Below are positions 1-13,130 of a DNA stretch of 64,000 bases, piece after piece. The position numbers and the translations under genes are program-made. The notes below the pieces were generated by a model. The model was given only the letters and a program-made list of their open reading frames with translations. It was not told the DNA's origin and ran no database searches. Source of the DNA: Eledone cirrhosa (taxonomy: Eukaryota); the NCBI GenBank assembly GCA_964016885.1, contig OZ024741.1, forward strand, positions 192,014,001-192,078,000. The letters run 5' to 3'. How positions within the stretch are numbered: position 1 is the first letter of the stretch; each line of letters opens with the position of its first letter.

Positions 1-1460
1 TTGAATATGCAGCGAATATTTAGAAAGAATTAAAAAAAAAAAGGGAAAAACATTTTAAAAAAGAACGTTTCAGAAAAACACACCCTCAACTCAAAAAACA
101 CATTTCAAAAAAAAAAAAAAAAGCCCTATAAAAAGAAAGTTTAAAAAAAAATGCTTGAAAGAGCCTTTCAAAAAAGTTATTTCAAAGGTATTTTTGATAA
201 ATATGCACATATCTACACACACTGTACCCAGGAAAGCATATATACTTAAGACGCTGCACATATATACAGATGAAAAAGTGGAAAATCTACACACACATAT
301 GCATACACCTACACAGACATGTTCATACAAATACACACACCCAGACATGCATACACATGCATGTATGCATATGTGCATGCACACACATACATACATCTAC
401 CTGTGCATGGGCATGCTTATACATCTAAAAAAAAGCACATACTTGATGAATACCTACATATCCACACACACACGCAACTGTGCACATGGCGCATAAAATA
501 TTATATGAGACAACATTCTTGAGGCTTGGACCCAACCCATTCATGGAGCGATATAAGCCTGAAAGTGCATGCACAATATGCATAAATGCAATAGCTGCGT
601 AATAACCATTCACTAATCAGATAACATGGGGTGCACATATATAAATGCGTGTACGTACATAAAATAAAATAAGATAAAATAAAATACTGGAAAAAGGAAT
701 GTATACATAAAAAAGATGCAAAGAGGATATCTGTTAACGCCACCCCCACCCGGACATTATTGGGATGTGCATAAAATACTTGAATACTGTGATGCATAGG
801 GTTATATAATATACAGAAGGACTGACGATCCAAGGACTGGGTAAGAACCTGCACATCAACCATGCACATGAGACGGATTTCATGACTGGTGGACACAGGG
901 GACCTTGTGTGCATACACAAACAGGTTATATATATTGTGAATGTGTAGAATATCCATTTCATAATAGTATATATGAAATGTACATGGAATGGATGCATAA
1001 GTGGAATATACCAGCGGCTTGTGTTGCAGGCATGTATATAGCAACAGCAGGCAAAGTTAGAATTAAGTGCAACATTAACCTTAAGACCAGCATCAAGTCC
1101 AACATCAAAGTTGCAAATTAAACATCAAGAATCGAAAATTAAAAATTAAAAATCAAAAATTCAAATTCAAAACCACACATAAGGTTGTAAACAAAATCAG
1201 ATTTATATTGAGTCGGCGTCCTCACGTTGGTGGGACGGTGTTATCCAAGGAACGTTACGAGGTAGGTATCGCTGGATCTGTCGTTGATATCAGCTTGTTC
1301 CGCCTTGCATTCATAGGTATGTTGTGGCATATCGTGGTCCGCTGCATGCACCCCACCTGGCATTGTCATACCAGTAGGGCCTTAGATAGACCCATCCGGT
1401 ATCACTAAAGCGGAGAGCGTGCATTTACGTTGGTGTCTGCAGGCTATGATGATTTCAGAT

Positions 1461-1944
1461 TTAAGGTTGACTGCTTCGCCCTTTTAGTTTTACTATCTCC
1501 ATAGCCTCGGACAGGCACAACCTGCACCTCATCTCGCCAGCCGAGTACGCATTCGTGCGCTGGACAATACTCCAGCTGAGGTCAAACTCCGTGCCACTGT
1601 CTTTGAGTCCCCAAGTTAGGTCCGCCAGTCTGGTGGAGTGTCTTTTGTTCCTGTCTTTGAACGAGTTCTTGTGGTTGTACATCCTCGATTTAAAAGTCGT
1701 GGATGTTGCCTCGGTGTAGGTGTGCTTATCATTGTGCGTGGTAACCACACCTCTGTAGACAACGCCCTTTGTCAGGCACATTCCCCGCAGAGGGCACTGC
1801 TCATCTACACGGCAGTTACAAGTCCGTGCATCATTTTTGTCATTCCCTTTATGTTGGCCTGACGTCTTATTTGGGTTCTCTCCGGTCCTCATGTGGTGTT
1901 CCGGCAGAGTGGTGGACTCAGTGTTCACCACCTGCTGGTCTCTG
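1461..1944 (-). mobile_element. Penelope-like element 3' fragment (GIY-YIG endonuclease)
   Basis: CNCR..CPL.G.C knuckle, GVVY..YT, FKSRMYNH and CRLCLSE in ORF 1461..1976; low-complexity sequence at 1-1200 may be its 3' tail. Confidence 0.8.
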
Positions 1945-4900
1945 AAATATTTCAAATTACTAAGATGAATATGCAAATGAGGTTAAGGTATAGGGCTGAA
2001 AAAAACGTTATTTTTAGACGCTTGGTAGATTTAAATAATTATTAGGATATATATATGTATATATAGGAAGAAGGAAGAGAAAGAAAGAAAAGCTTATATT
2101 TACGTGAATTTAAAAAGAATTAACAGTTTATAGGAATGGTGGAATATGATTCCAGAATTTAAAAAAATATTTAGCTATATTATGAGTTATAATATTATAT
2201 ATATAATCAATTAGATTGTATGAAGAATTATGATTGTAAGTACATTTTATCTTATTACATTACAACAGGTTGTAAGTATATAAATATCTATATAGATTAA
2301 TAATTGTACAAGTATAAGTATTATTGGTGATTTTATAGAAATAACTCACACGTATTAATTGTTTACATTTCTAATATGAGTTACGAAGGATGTTGATTTC
2401 ACATTTTACATAAATATTTAAGAAAAAGACGTAGTTCAAGTTGTAAGAGAAGAACAATTTGTAGATTCAAATATTTTGTTCCAACATTGAAAATGTTTTC
2501 AGAATATTGTTAATTTAGCGAAATTATATAATTTATCATACAAGTTATCATGTCTATGTTTGCTCAATTGTAAAGGAAAAGATAACTCCAATATTATTTG
2601 CTAACCATTAAATTTGATCAATGATTTACTTAGAAAGTATGTAGAGAAAATTATATATTATTTTGTGTGAGATTATAAGGTATTTTATATTATATGTTTT
2701 TCAAGGATGAGAATTTCAATTACATATTATTTACGTCGAAAGATGTGTGAAAAGTTTGAAGATTAAAGAGAGGAAAAAATGTATTATTAGATAAGTCAAG
2801 AGTGCATTTCGAAGAACTATCGTAAAGAGGATATCTTTCAGAATGTTAATTAAAGAGTATCAATCTACATCTAAAAAATAGATTAAGAAGAGTATCATTA
2901 GGAACAGAATATCAAATGGTAAAAATACTAAATTTAAGAAAGAAGATCATTTAAAAAATTTAAATTTTTAAACAAAATCTCAGTAAATAATAGGATCATT
3001 TTAAAGGTGTATAAGATATAGTCAAGTGTAAGGAATATCATAGAATAAAAATACTTCGGAAAGTGGATTTTTGGCGATGTCTGCAAGAAGAAAATAATTC
3101 TGTTTTTAATTTAATAGAGTTTTGACAGTTAATTATATAAAAAATTTCCTCGATACATAAATGACAGATTCTTGAGAAAGCCATATTTCGGTATGCAGGT
3201 GCTTTCGAAATCGTTCCCCAAGACATTGAATAGTCTATATTGTTGTCCTTTAAATTCTAAATTAGATGTGAAAGTGAAGTGGAAGATTTTTTTTATCGGA
3301 CCTATTAAATGTATGTTTGTGGTTGTACCAGAGTTCTTTGAATTTTGTAGAAGTGGCACCTATATAGTTAAATATTTTGTCTCTAGTTTTAACTGTGCAT
3401 TTATAAATTAGATTTTTGTCTAAGCAATTATTTTGTAAAGGGCAGTTTGATTTAATTCTACAGTTACATTTTCTGGAGTTGTTACTAGGAACGGTACTAT
3501 TATTATGAATATTGTTACTAGAAATATTATTATTGCTAGCTTGGTTTGTTTGGTTAGGGTTTAAATTTAAGTTTCTATTATTAATTCTATTTATATTTTG
3601 TGCTATGTTCATAGTAGTAGGATAGTTTTATAGTTTTATTCTGTGGGCTTTAGGAAAACACTTATCTAGTGCTTTAAAAAATAGCTTTGCTAAAGGTGTT
3701 TTAACGCCTAATGAGAATGGGGGAGAGTACCAAATAATATTTCTAGTTCTAGTATTTTTTTTTGGTTTACTATTTAAGTTGAATTGCTTATTGTTATTAT
3801 AATGGATTCTAGGATGATTTATCATGTTATTGTTATCTAAGTATTTAATTTTATTCGAGTATGTAAAGCCTCATTGTAATATTCTGCCTTATCATCAAAA
3901 ATATTTTTATTAGCAGAGATGCGTGAAATCCGTTGCTGGACGCTATTGACAATGGTATTTTTTATATTTCTAGGATAATTAGAATTGAAACTTACGTAAT
4001 TTAGATTTTCGTTAATTTTATGGAATGGATAATAAAGACCTGAGCTAAGGTTTAAGGTTACATCTAAGAAGTTAACGATTTTGTAATTATTCTCGATTTC
4101 TAAATTAAGGTTGTAGTTGTTGAAAAACTGTATTATGGATTTCTTTTTCCTATTAATTCCACTATGGCTATGGTCTTCATTAAAAGTAACATATCGTCGC
4201 GATATAAACCTCCGGTCATCTCTGGCATTTTTCTGTGCAGTACATTATTAATAAATAATTCAACGGGGTCCGTTACTTGCGCCGAGTCAGATGATCCCAT
4301 AGTGATATCAAAATTGTTTTGTCTGTCGGCTCTTGTCCAGAGATGGTTATTAAATTCTATTAGGGTTTTACGTGCTGTTAGAATGATATTCATTTCTCCA
4401 CGAGATAGGTCTGTATGTTTAGAAGTGTAGATAAGTGCCATATTAAGTAAGCTGGGGGTAATAGAGGAGTAGTAATTTGCAATATCCATTTGAAAGAATT
4501 TTTTCTTATGTTTTAATTTTATGTTTTTAAACCAATCTATTACTTCATTAGTACCGTTCCATAGTTCAAGGTGTGATTTTTCTTTAAGTAGTGGTACAAT
4601 TCTATCTAATATATGCTTGTTAATTATGCCTAAGTCAGATTTAGATGGTGCGATGTGTCTGACTGGTAGTTCAACTTCAAAATTTCTTTTGTGGTCCTTC
4701 AAGTTAATCTTCGTTTTTTTTTTTAGGTATAAAGGGTTCAATCTTATTTTGAATGCCTAATTTATAAATAATTTCCGAAGCTTCTCTATTTAGGGTTGCC
4801 TTCAGTATTAGGTTATTATACTCGTCCTTTTCCATAGCATATAAATTATTGGTTTTGTCAGATTTTACAAGGATCTTCTTTGTTTTTTCTAGACTGTCTA

Positions 4901-5290
4901 TTTTATTCTTGAGGCCTTTAAGGTACTCCTGGCCAATAAATTGGTTTCTTTTAAATTTAATGTTTTGTATGATGGAGATTATTTCGTTTTCAAATTCGGC
5001 TAGTAGTTTGTTGCAAGGTGGATTTTTCTTAGATTTGAAAATAAGCCCTATACCTCAACCTCATTTGCATATTCATCTTAGTAATTTGAAATATTTGTCT
5101 TTTCCTCTCTTTCCCTTCATTCCTTTTACTATCCAGGAAAAACTTGAACCATTAACATCTCCTTCCTGGATAGGTCAATATTTATAAAACAAACTTTGTA
5201 TTTTATCTGATGAGAGCGTACCAAAGTTTTGGTACTCTTGAAATATATATAATAGAATAAATATGGTTTTATAAATATAGTTTCCATTTA
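1945..5290 (-). mobile_element. Penelope-like retroelement (RT + GIY-YIG), degraded, with an inverted pseudo-LTR segment
   Basis: RT motifs MDIANYY, ITMGS, GLYRDD (4133..4741); CNCR..CPL, LIY..YIG (3262..3612); 53-bp inverted repeat 1945-1997 / 5044-5096. Confidence 0.85.
5199..5259 (+). ncRNA. Minimal type I hammerhead ribozyme motif
   Basis: TATTTTAT-CTGATGA-stem II (GTACCAAA/TTTGGTAC)-GAAA-TATATA-TA-ATAGAATA. Confidence 0.8.
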
Positions 5291-5417
5291 TTTAATATCA
5301 TTGATATATATATATACATATATATATGTATATATAGATATATAGATATATACATATATATATCTATATATACATATACACATATATATATATATACATA
5401 TATATATACATAGACCT

Positions 5418-7357
5418 ATAGAGGGGCCAGCAGTACAAGTCAGCAGCAGCGTAGTAAGTAAGGCAATCAAAGATATGAAGATGGAGAAGGCAACCGGTCC
5501 ATCGGGTATAGCTGCCGAGATGCTGAAGGCATCTGGGTCTGTGGGTCACACTATAACCACACGTATTGTTAACCAGGTAATACTAGAAGGTGTCATAACA
5601 AAAGATTGATGCAGTAGCATCATTGTCAACTGCTACAAAGGTAAAGGTGATGCACTAGATAGAGGAAACTATAGAGGTATAAAGCTGATGGACCAGGTCA
5701 TGAAAGTAACAGAAAGAGTTTTAGCACAGTTGATTAGGGACCGGGTGAAACTAGATGAGATGCAATTTGGGTTTGTACCAGGAAGAGGCACCACTGATGC
5801 CCTCTTCCGTGTGAGGCAGTTACAGGAAAAGTACCTAGCTAAAAGTAAGCCACTCTACCTGGCATTCGTTGATCTCGAGAAAGCCTTTGACAGAGTTCCA
5901 CGTGCTATAATCTGGTGGGCTCTTAGAAAGCTGTACAAGCCATGTATAGGGGAGCAGTCAGCAAAGTTAGGATTAGCAATGACTATAGCGAGGAATTTAG
6001 CATACAGGTTGGTGTCCACCAGGGCTCTGTTCATCATAGTCCTGCAAGCAATAACGGAGGAGTTTAAGACCGGATGCCCATGGGAACAATGTATGCAGAT
6101 GACCTCGCACTTATAGCTGAATCTATGGTAGAACTAGAGAAGAAATTCCAAACTTGGAAGCAGGGACTAGAAAGAAAGGGTCTCAAAGTCAACCTGACAA
6201 AGACTAAGGTCCTTGTAAATAGAGTAGAAAACAGAACCCAGATCCCCTCAGGGAAATGGTTTTGCTCAGTATGTAGGAAAGGTGTAGGTAGGAACTCCAT
6301 TCTCTGCCCCAAATGCAAACAATGGGTACACAAGAGATGTAGCGGGATCTCAGGAAGCTTAATTAAGAATGTAGGCTTCACATGTAGCAGCTGTGCTGGG
6401 ACAGCATGCAGCAAACTGCCACAGGAAACAAGTACCACCAATCTCTGGGAGGGCTCTGTAGAAACAGTAGACAGCTTCTGTTACCTAGGTGACCGAATTA
6501 GCAGCGGAGGTGGGTGTTCAGAAAGTACAATAACTAGGGTAAGAACAGGATGGAAGAAGTTCAGGGAACTACTGCCACTGCTAGCTGCAAAAGGCTTTTC
6601 CCTCAAAATGAAAGGCAGACTGTATGATGTGTGTATACGAACAGCAATGTTACATGGTAGTGAGACCTGGGCGCTGAAGGTAGAAGACTTACGTAGATTA
6701 GAAAGAAATGAAGCCTGCATGCTCCGATGGATGTGTAATAGTAATATACGTGAACGGCAAAGCATAAATGAATTGAGAGAGAGACTGAGCATAAGTGGAA
6801 TCAAATGCTGTGTGCAGGAGAGGCGGTTGCGTTGGTATGGACATGTGATGCGTATGAAGGATGACAGCTGCATAAAAAGGTGCAGAGCACTAGAAGTCAA
6901 TGGAAACCGCGGAGTGGGGAGACCCAAGAAGACCTGGGATGAGGTGATAAAAGCCGACCTTACCCAATTACACCTCTCAAAGGCGATGACACACAACCGT
7001 TATCTCTGGCGTCACGCAGTAATACAGAGTACCCGACCTCCCATGGGTACAAGCTGAAGCATATAGACAATATGCCCCCACACCCTCCCACTGCAAAGTG
7101 GTCGTGGAGGTGCCACGGCAAAAAAGCACCCAGCCCACACTGTAAAGTGGATGTGTAGGCGCCACGGAAAAAAAGCACCCAGCACTCACTGTAAATGAGG
7201 TTGGTGTTAGGAAGGGCATCCAGCTGTAGAAATCAAGCCAGAATCAGTTCCCGTATGAGCAAGACAAGGTCAGCCGACCGGACACTGCTCACAACAGGAC
7301 AACCTGTCTAACCCATGCTAGCGTGGAAGAACGGACGTAAAACGGTGATGATGATGA
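5418..7357 (+). mobile_element. RTE-clade LINE, 5'-truncated, RT with PHD-like finger insert, (GAT)n tail
   Basis: QFGF, FVDLEKAFD, YADD, LHGSETW, RRLRWYGHV, GRPKKTW; frameshifts present; ends AACCCATGCTAGC..GACGTAAAAC-GATGAT. Confidence 0.92.
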
Positions 7358-8439
7358 TATATATAACAGGGTCGGTGGAACTGGGGCCATGTTCCCTCCC
7401 CTAAAGTGTATTTTTCTCCTCAATCTAGCAAAACACACATCTATTTGTATATGCACTACAATTTATGTACATGTTATGTTTATCACATACCGAAGGTTTT
7501 TATATCTTGGTTGATATTTGATAATAACACTAATATATTATGTTAACCTTCATAGTAAAGTCATGTCATAACTCTCTCCATATTTAACCATTTGCCAATT
7601 GCTCGTATGTGTATTCAGAGACAGATTTCATAGGTCACTTTATAATTATTGAAAGCTGTAAATGTTATGTGGCCTACTTGGACTCAAATTTCATTTTCTG
7701 ACCATTTTAGAGTGCAGAGCTAAACTAATCACTACAACTATATTGACCAAATTTGCCTCCACCCCCACTCAATTCAGAGATGCTTCCTCCACCCCTGATT
7801 TTATATATCTATATACTTACATGTATACAGCTATGTTATAGGGAACACCTTTATGTATGTGTGTATGTATATATGTATATCTAATCAGAAGATAGAAAGT
7901 GAGATAGAAGAAGAAACAGAAAGATAGAGGAAAGTAAGCAAAAGAAGAAATGGAAAAAATATTTTCACGGGAGAAAAGCACATCTGCTTAGTCAGTCACA
8001 CACAAACATATATATGATGATCTGCACAGTTTCCATCTACCAAATTCCACTTATAATGGTATTAGTCAACCCAAGTTTAGACACCAATAATATTTATCCA
8101 TCATAAGTAGTGGTAAAGATAGCAGTAGAGCCCAGACTAAATAATCTATACAAAATTCACATAACTAAATTATTAAACAGCACAATTAAAAAAGATGCAC
8201 AAATGGAAGTTTATTTATTTATTTACAATATAATACAGAAACACTATTTAACAAAATAGATGTGAATATCATCAATGGTTTCAAAAAACAAATAAACAAA
8301 ACGTTTTGTTCCAGTCCATCTCATTTACTCACATTTTGCATGATCAGTAGTAAAAATTGCCCAAGTTTCCCCAAGTTTAATGACAAACCATATCCATGTT
8401 GTAGCCCTTCAGGGGTGTAAACTGGATGTTTATATCTTC

Positions 8440-8930
8440 AGTGGTAACATAAAATGTCTATTCATCTCTTTAATGGTAAAATATACTGTGTTCACCTCTT
8501 CATTGATAAAAGAAACTGTGTTCACCTCTTTAGTGGGGAAACAAACTGTGTTCACCTCTTCAGTGGTGAAACAAACTGTGTTCACCTCTTTAATGGTGAA
8601 ATTGTGTGTTTATCTTTTTAGTAATATCCATACTGTATGTTCACCTTTTTAGTAATAAAATAAACTGTGTTTTTAGTGGTAAAACAAATGTATGTTTACC
8701 TCTTTAGTAGTAAACAAATTATGTTCACCTCTTTAGTGGTAAAAGATACTGTGTTCACCTCTTTAGTTGTAAAATAAACCATGTGTTCACTTCTACAGTA
8801 GTAACAAAATGTGTTCACCTTTAGTGGTAACCATGCTGTATGTTCATCTCTTTAATGGCAAAACAAACTGCGTTCACCCTTTTAGTGGTAAACAAACTGT
8901 ATGTTCTAGTGGTAAACATATTGTATGTCA
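8440..8930. repeat. Degenerate ~30-bp minisatellite (CTGTGTTCACCTCTTTAGTGGTAAAACAAA)
   Basis: about 15 diverged tandem units read directly. Confidence 0.85.
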
Positions 8931-9421
8931 ATATAATGTCTAACCTCTCTAGTAATACAGTCTGCCATGTTTTAAGCATCACTTGTAAATAAGATAACTT
9001 TTTATCAAATGATTCCTAATTAAACAAATATAAAAAAAAATTGTCTTCAATGTCACACACACACAATCGCTCATATTTACATATAATCATGCATGCTTTG
9101 TCTAGTATCACACCCACACATTGCTGCTTTATATATATTTGTGAGAGATACATACACACAAGTACCCCTCCCTCTAATACTGTTCACAAATTTCCAATGT
9201 AAACCACATAATAATAAATTGTAACTCTTGTTAATACTGTCGCCCCTCTCAGATATTTCTTTGTCTTCTACACCTTTGTAGAATCACCAATCACCTCTCA
9301 TCTTAACAGCCCTACAGACATCTATGAGAGCTGACAACAATTTGTATATTATATATCGGTGAATCAGGATTGGCCTAAGGTTACACAACAACACCCAGTA
9401 CCTGTGTATCATAGATCTGCT

Positions 9422-10025
9422 CACCATACTCAACTTGGTAATGAGAATAGTATCTGGCACACTGAAATCTACACCTACTGAGTGGCTGCCTACTCTTTCT
9501 CATATAGCTCCTTCTCACATGCGGTGCCAGCTGATCTGTGAAGCAGCATTTCATACCAAGTCCAAGGCCAACCTTCCTATCTTGAAAATCTTCTCAACAT
9601 GTGCATGAAATCCCACAAACCATTCTGGAAATCAATGAAGATCCTTTGAGACTAACTTTGATCTGAAGGAAGAGTGGCAAAGATCATGGAATGAGTCCAA
9701 ATTTGCTAACCAAGACCTCTTCCAGGACTCCACATCTAAACCAGCCAGCTTTGACCTTCCTAGAAAGCAATGGGTGTCCCTTAACCAGATCTACAAAACA
9801 TGCTAGGGCAGCCCATCATCTTCATTGACAGAAAATGAAAGATAGCCCACCATGTGACTGTGGGGGCCCTGGCCAGACAGCGTTGCATGTTGTTCGGGAT
9901 TGCCCCCTCAGACTTTTTCCAGCAGTCTGGAGGAAATCTATAATACTAAAAATGATGCCTGTCTGGCTCACCAATCTTGATCTGTCTCTTTAACCATTGT
10001 ACATATGTCATACAAGAGAAGATAT
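9422..10025 (+). mobile_element. 3' fragment of a LINE (RTE-X-like) with CCHC knuckle
   Basis: TPTEWLPTLSHIAP, FDLPRKQWVSLN, CDCG..QT..HVV.DCP; flanked by candidate TSD ATCTGCT. Confidence 0.65.
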
Positions 10026-10674
10026 ATCTGCTGGATGATGACTGACCTAGGGCTAAACAACAAGAACTACCTTTGTATCACAGGAACACTGGATGATGAT
10101 TGACCTAGGGCTTCACAACAACAATAACAACTACCTGTGTCATCATAGGTTTTTTTGGGATCAACCCTGACTTTGCACTACGCCAGCATGGGAAAGCAGA
10201 TATAAAAATGGTTATATATATATATATAACAAAGAGGGTGTAGTAAGATTCCAGGTGGACCATATGCACCAGAGTACTCAATACTTAGGGTAGTAGAGTA
10301 TATATAGGAAAAGAGTCAGGACCCCTGACTCTTTTCCAATATATATCAACATTATCATTTAATGTCTGTTTTTCTTATATATATATATATATATAAGTAT
10401 ATATTGGTATGGCCATGTGATGTGCATGGGTGATGACCGCTGGGTGAAGAAGTGCCAAGTAATCCTAGTGGAAGGAAGAGGCAGTAGAGGAAGACCACGA
10501 AAAAACATGAGTGGAGGTGGTGAGAGCTGACCACAGTATGCTGAAGCTCAGAGGAGATGACAAAGGACTGTGACAAAGGGAGAGATGCTGTGCTGAAGAG
10601 GACCCATCCCATCCTTGCAATCAGGGAAAAGCGGACATAAAATGATGATGATAATATATATATATATATATCAA

Positions 10675-10710
<36 letters not shown>

Positions 10711-10743
10711 ACATCATTTAATGTCTGTTTTTCTTCTTCTTCT

Positions 10744-10827
<84 letters not shown>

Positions 10828-11006
10828 CAGGCAAGGGTAAAAATATATAACTCTATTTGTATGCAGGGACATATAATTGCCAAATAGTTTAATGTGCTTA
10901 TGTAGTAGTAAAGGTTGGAAGAAATGAGATACTTTTAATGAAAAAGATACAGAAAGATAGACGTAAACACAGAGCATATCTAAACAAAGAAAGAGATTGA
11001 ATCAAG

Positions 11007-11388
11007 TTCTTAAGTTATTTAATGCTTTACAATTGATTCAGCAATGCCATGAATCATTACATAATTAGTTAAAAGTATAAATTTGTGTATAATATGTGTA
11101 AAGAAAAATAAAGAAAAAGAAAACATAGCATTACTTCCTAAGAAGCAAAACCAAATTAAAATGAAACAAAATATGCCAAAGTCAAGCCCTGTAAGACAAG
11201 GTGCAGTCAAGTAGAGAATTACATCTCATTGTAATTCTCTACTGTAATATACTTGTTTTTACTTCTGAGGAAGTAATGCTGCCTTATTTTTCTTTACACA
11301 TATTATACACAAATTTATTCTTTTAACGAATTGTGTAATAATTCATGGCATCGCCAAAACAATTGTAAAGCTTTAAATAAGTTAGAAA
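11007..11388. repeat. Fold-back element with ~140-bp imperfect arms and a decayed hammerhead
   Basis: 11007-11150 is the reverse complement of about 11253-11388; CTGAGGA ... (C)AAAA-CAATTG-TA remnant. Confidence 0.75.
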
Positions 11389-12386
11389 GGTTTGGGAGGA
11401 CCTTTTAGTCATGTCAAAGACATGCCAACCTCCTTAGTGTTGGAGATCTACACAATAAACGCATCCAGAACATGCTGTAAATTGGTTGGTGATAGGAAGG
11501 ACATCCATCTGTAGAAAGCTTGCCAAACAAAGGGTTGGGAGGACCCTTCCATTGTGTCAAAGACATGACAACCACTCCTGTGCACTCGGTAAAATGTGAG
11601 TGCTTTTACCAGCAGGAAATTTACACTCATGGACCAGTAATTGTCTTTAACTTTTAACATCCTTTAATAATTTAGCAGAAAATATCTAAAAATGGGTTTG
11701 ATAATTCAAATGTTTGTAGTGTTTTTACTAGTGGACAGATTGTGTGAACATTTGTAGTATTAAAGTAAAAACTTTAATTTTTTATGTGAAACAGCCATAG
11801 TGCTGTTTCATAATTTTTCAAGAATGTCTTTGCTAATGTAGCTTCATATGGTACAGGATATTAAGACTCAAATTCTAAAAATTACTACCATCATCATCAT
11901 TTTACACCCAGTTTTTCAGATTGCACAGGACGGATGAGAGCTACAGTGTCTTACTTGTGCTGGTCTATGTCATTCTAACACACACCCAGCTACAGAGAAA
12001 ATCAGTCAACTTGCTGAGGTTTACAGTATGGATTGGGTGTATATTATTGTGCCACTAGCATTTGAGAGGTTGATAGAGGCTGCAAATAGACTAAACTGTC
12101 TTTTATACCTATATCTATATGTAAGTTTGAAGCTGATGATTCACTCTTATGCTATTCCAAATTTCTCATTTTTGTGCATTCATTGTAGTAACAAAAATGT
12201 GAATGAAGAGCTGGTTGGTGTTTGATGATTTCTTTGTCACCTCTACAAATGTGAAAAAGGGATTAATTCAGAGTAGCAATGGAGTGAACCACCAGTCTTC
12301 AAGGGATAAATAAACTCTACTGCATTTATTGAGTACTATGTGTGTGTGTGTGTGTATATATATATACATGCATATGAACACAAATA

Positions 12387-12424
<38 letters not shown>

Positions 12425-12425
<1 letters not shown>

Positions 12426-12920
12426 CCGACCTTACACACTTATACCTCTCTAAGACAATGTCACTAGACCGAGATCTTTGGCGCTACGCAGTAATATAGA
12501 AGACCCGCCTTGCCTATGTACAAAGCGGAACCTACATTCAGTAGGCACCTCTTAACCAAATATACACCCCCATCCCACTACCCCACCACCCACCCCATCC
12601 CACTCCCACCAACAACACCCTTTCTCTGTAAAGTTATGTTGGTTCCACAACATCCAGTTCAAAATAAATGAGGTCGTGTAGGTGTCACGACAAAAACACA
12701 GTCCACGCTGTAATGTGGCCGTGTAGGTAACACGGTAAAAACCTCCCACTTCACACTGTAAACGTGGTTGGCGTTAGGAAGGGCATCCAACCGTAGAAAA
12801 CCTGCCAGACAGTCCTATACGAGCGAGACATGGTCACCCGACCAATCTTGCCTCAAGTGGGACAATTCCCGTCTAAACCCATGATAGCGTGGAAGATAGA
12901 TGTTAAACGATGATGATGAT
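12425..12920 (+). mobile_element. RTE LINE 3' end fragment
   Basis: same 3' UTR and (GAT)n tail as the 23300-23737 and 6960-7357 copies. Confidence 0.8.
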
Positions 12921-13090
12921 ATATATATATATATACATACATATATATAAATACATACGATGATGATGATGATGATGATAATATATATATATATATATAT
13001 GTATGTAAAAGGTAAACAGAAATAACAACACAATCGGTACAGTATATGGAAGGGATATATTAGGTTAACGCTTGATATAGCAAGAAGAGG

Positions 13091-13130
13091 GTCTTAACGT
13101 TTCGGACGCTAGTCCTTCATCAGAAGAAAG
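13091..13130 (-). ncRNA. Minimal type I hammerhead ribozyme motif
   Basis: minus strand TCTT-CTGATGA-AGGAC-TAGC-GTCC-GAAA-CG-TT-AAGA; intact core and stems I and II. Confidence 0.75.

Noticed and set aside
91-1121. His/Met/Cys-rich ORFs
   Set aside because: Low-complexity CA/TG-rich sequence similar to 31040-31280; no domain or splice support.
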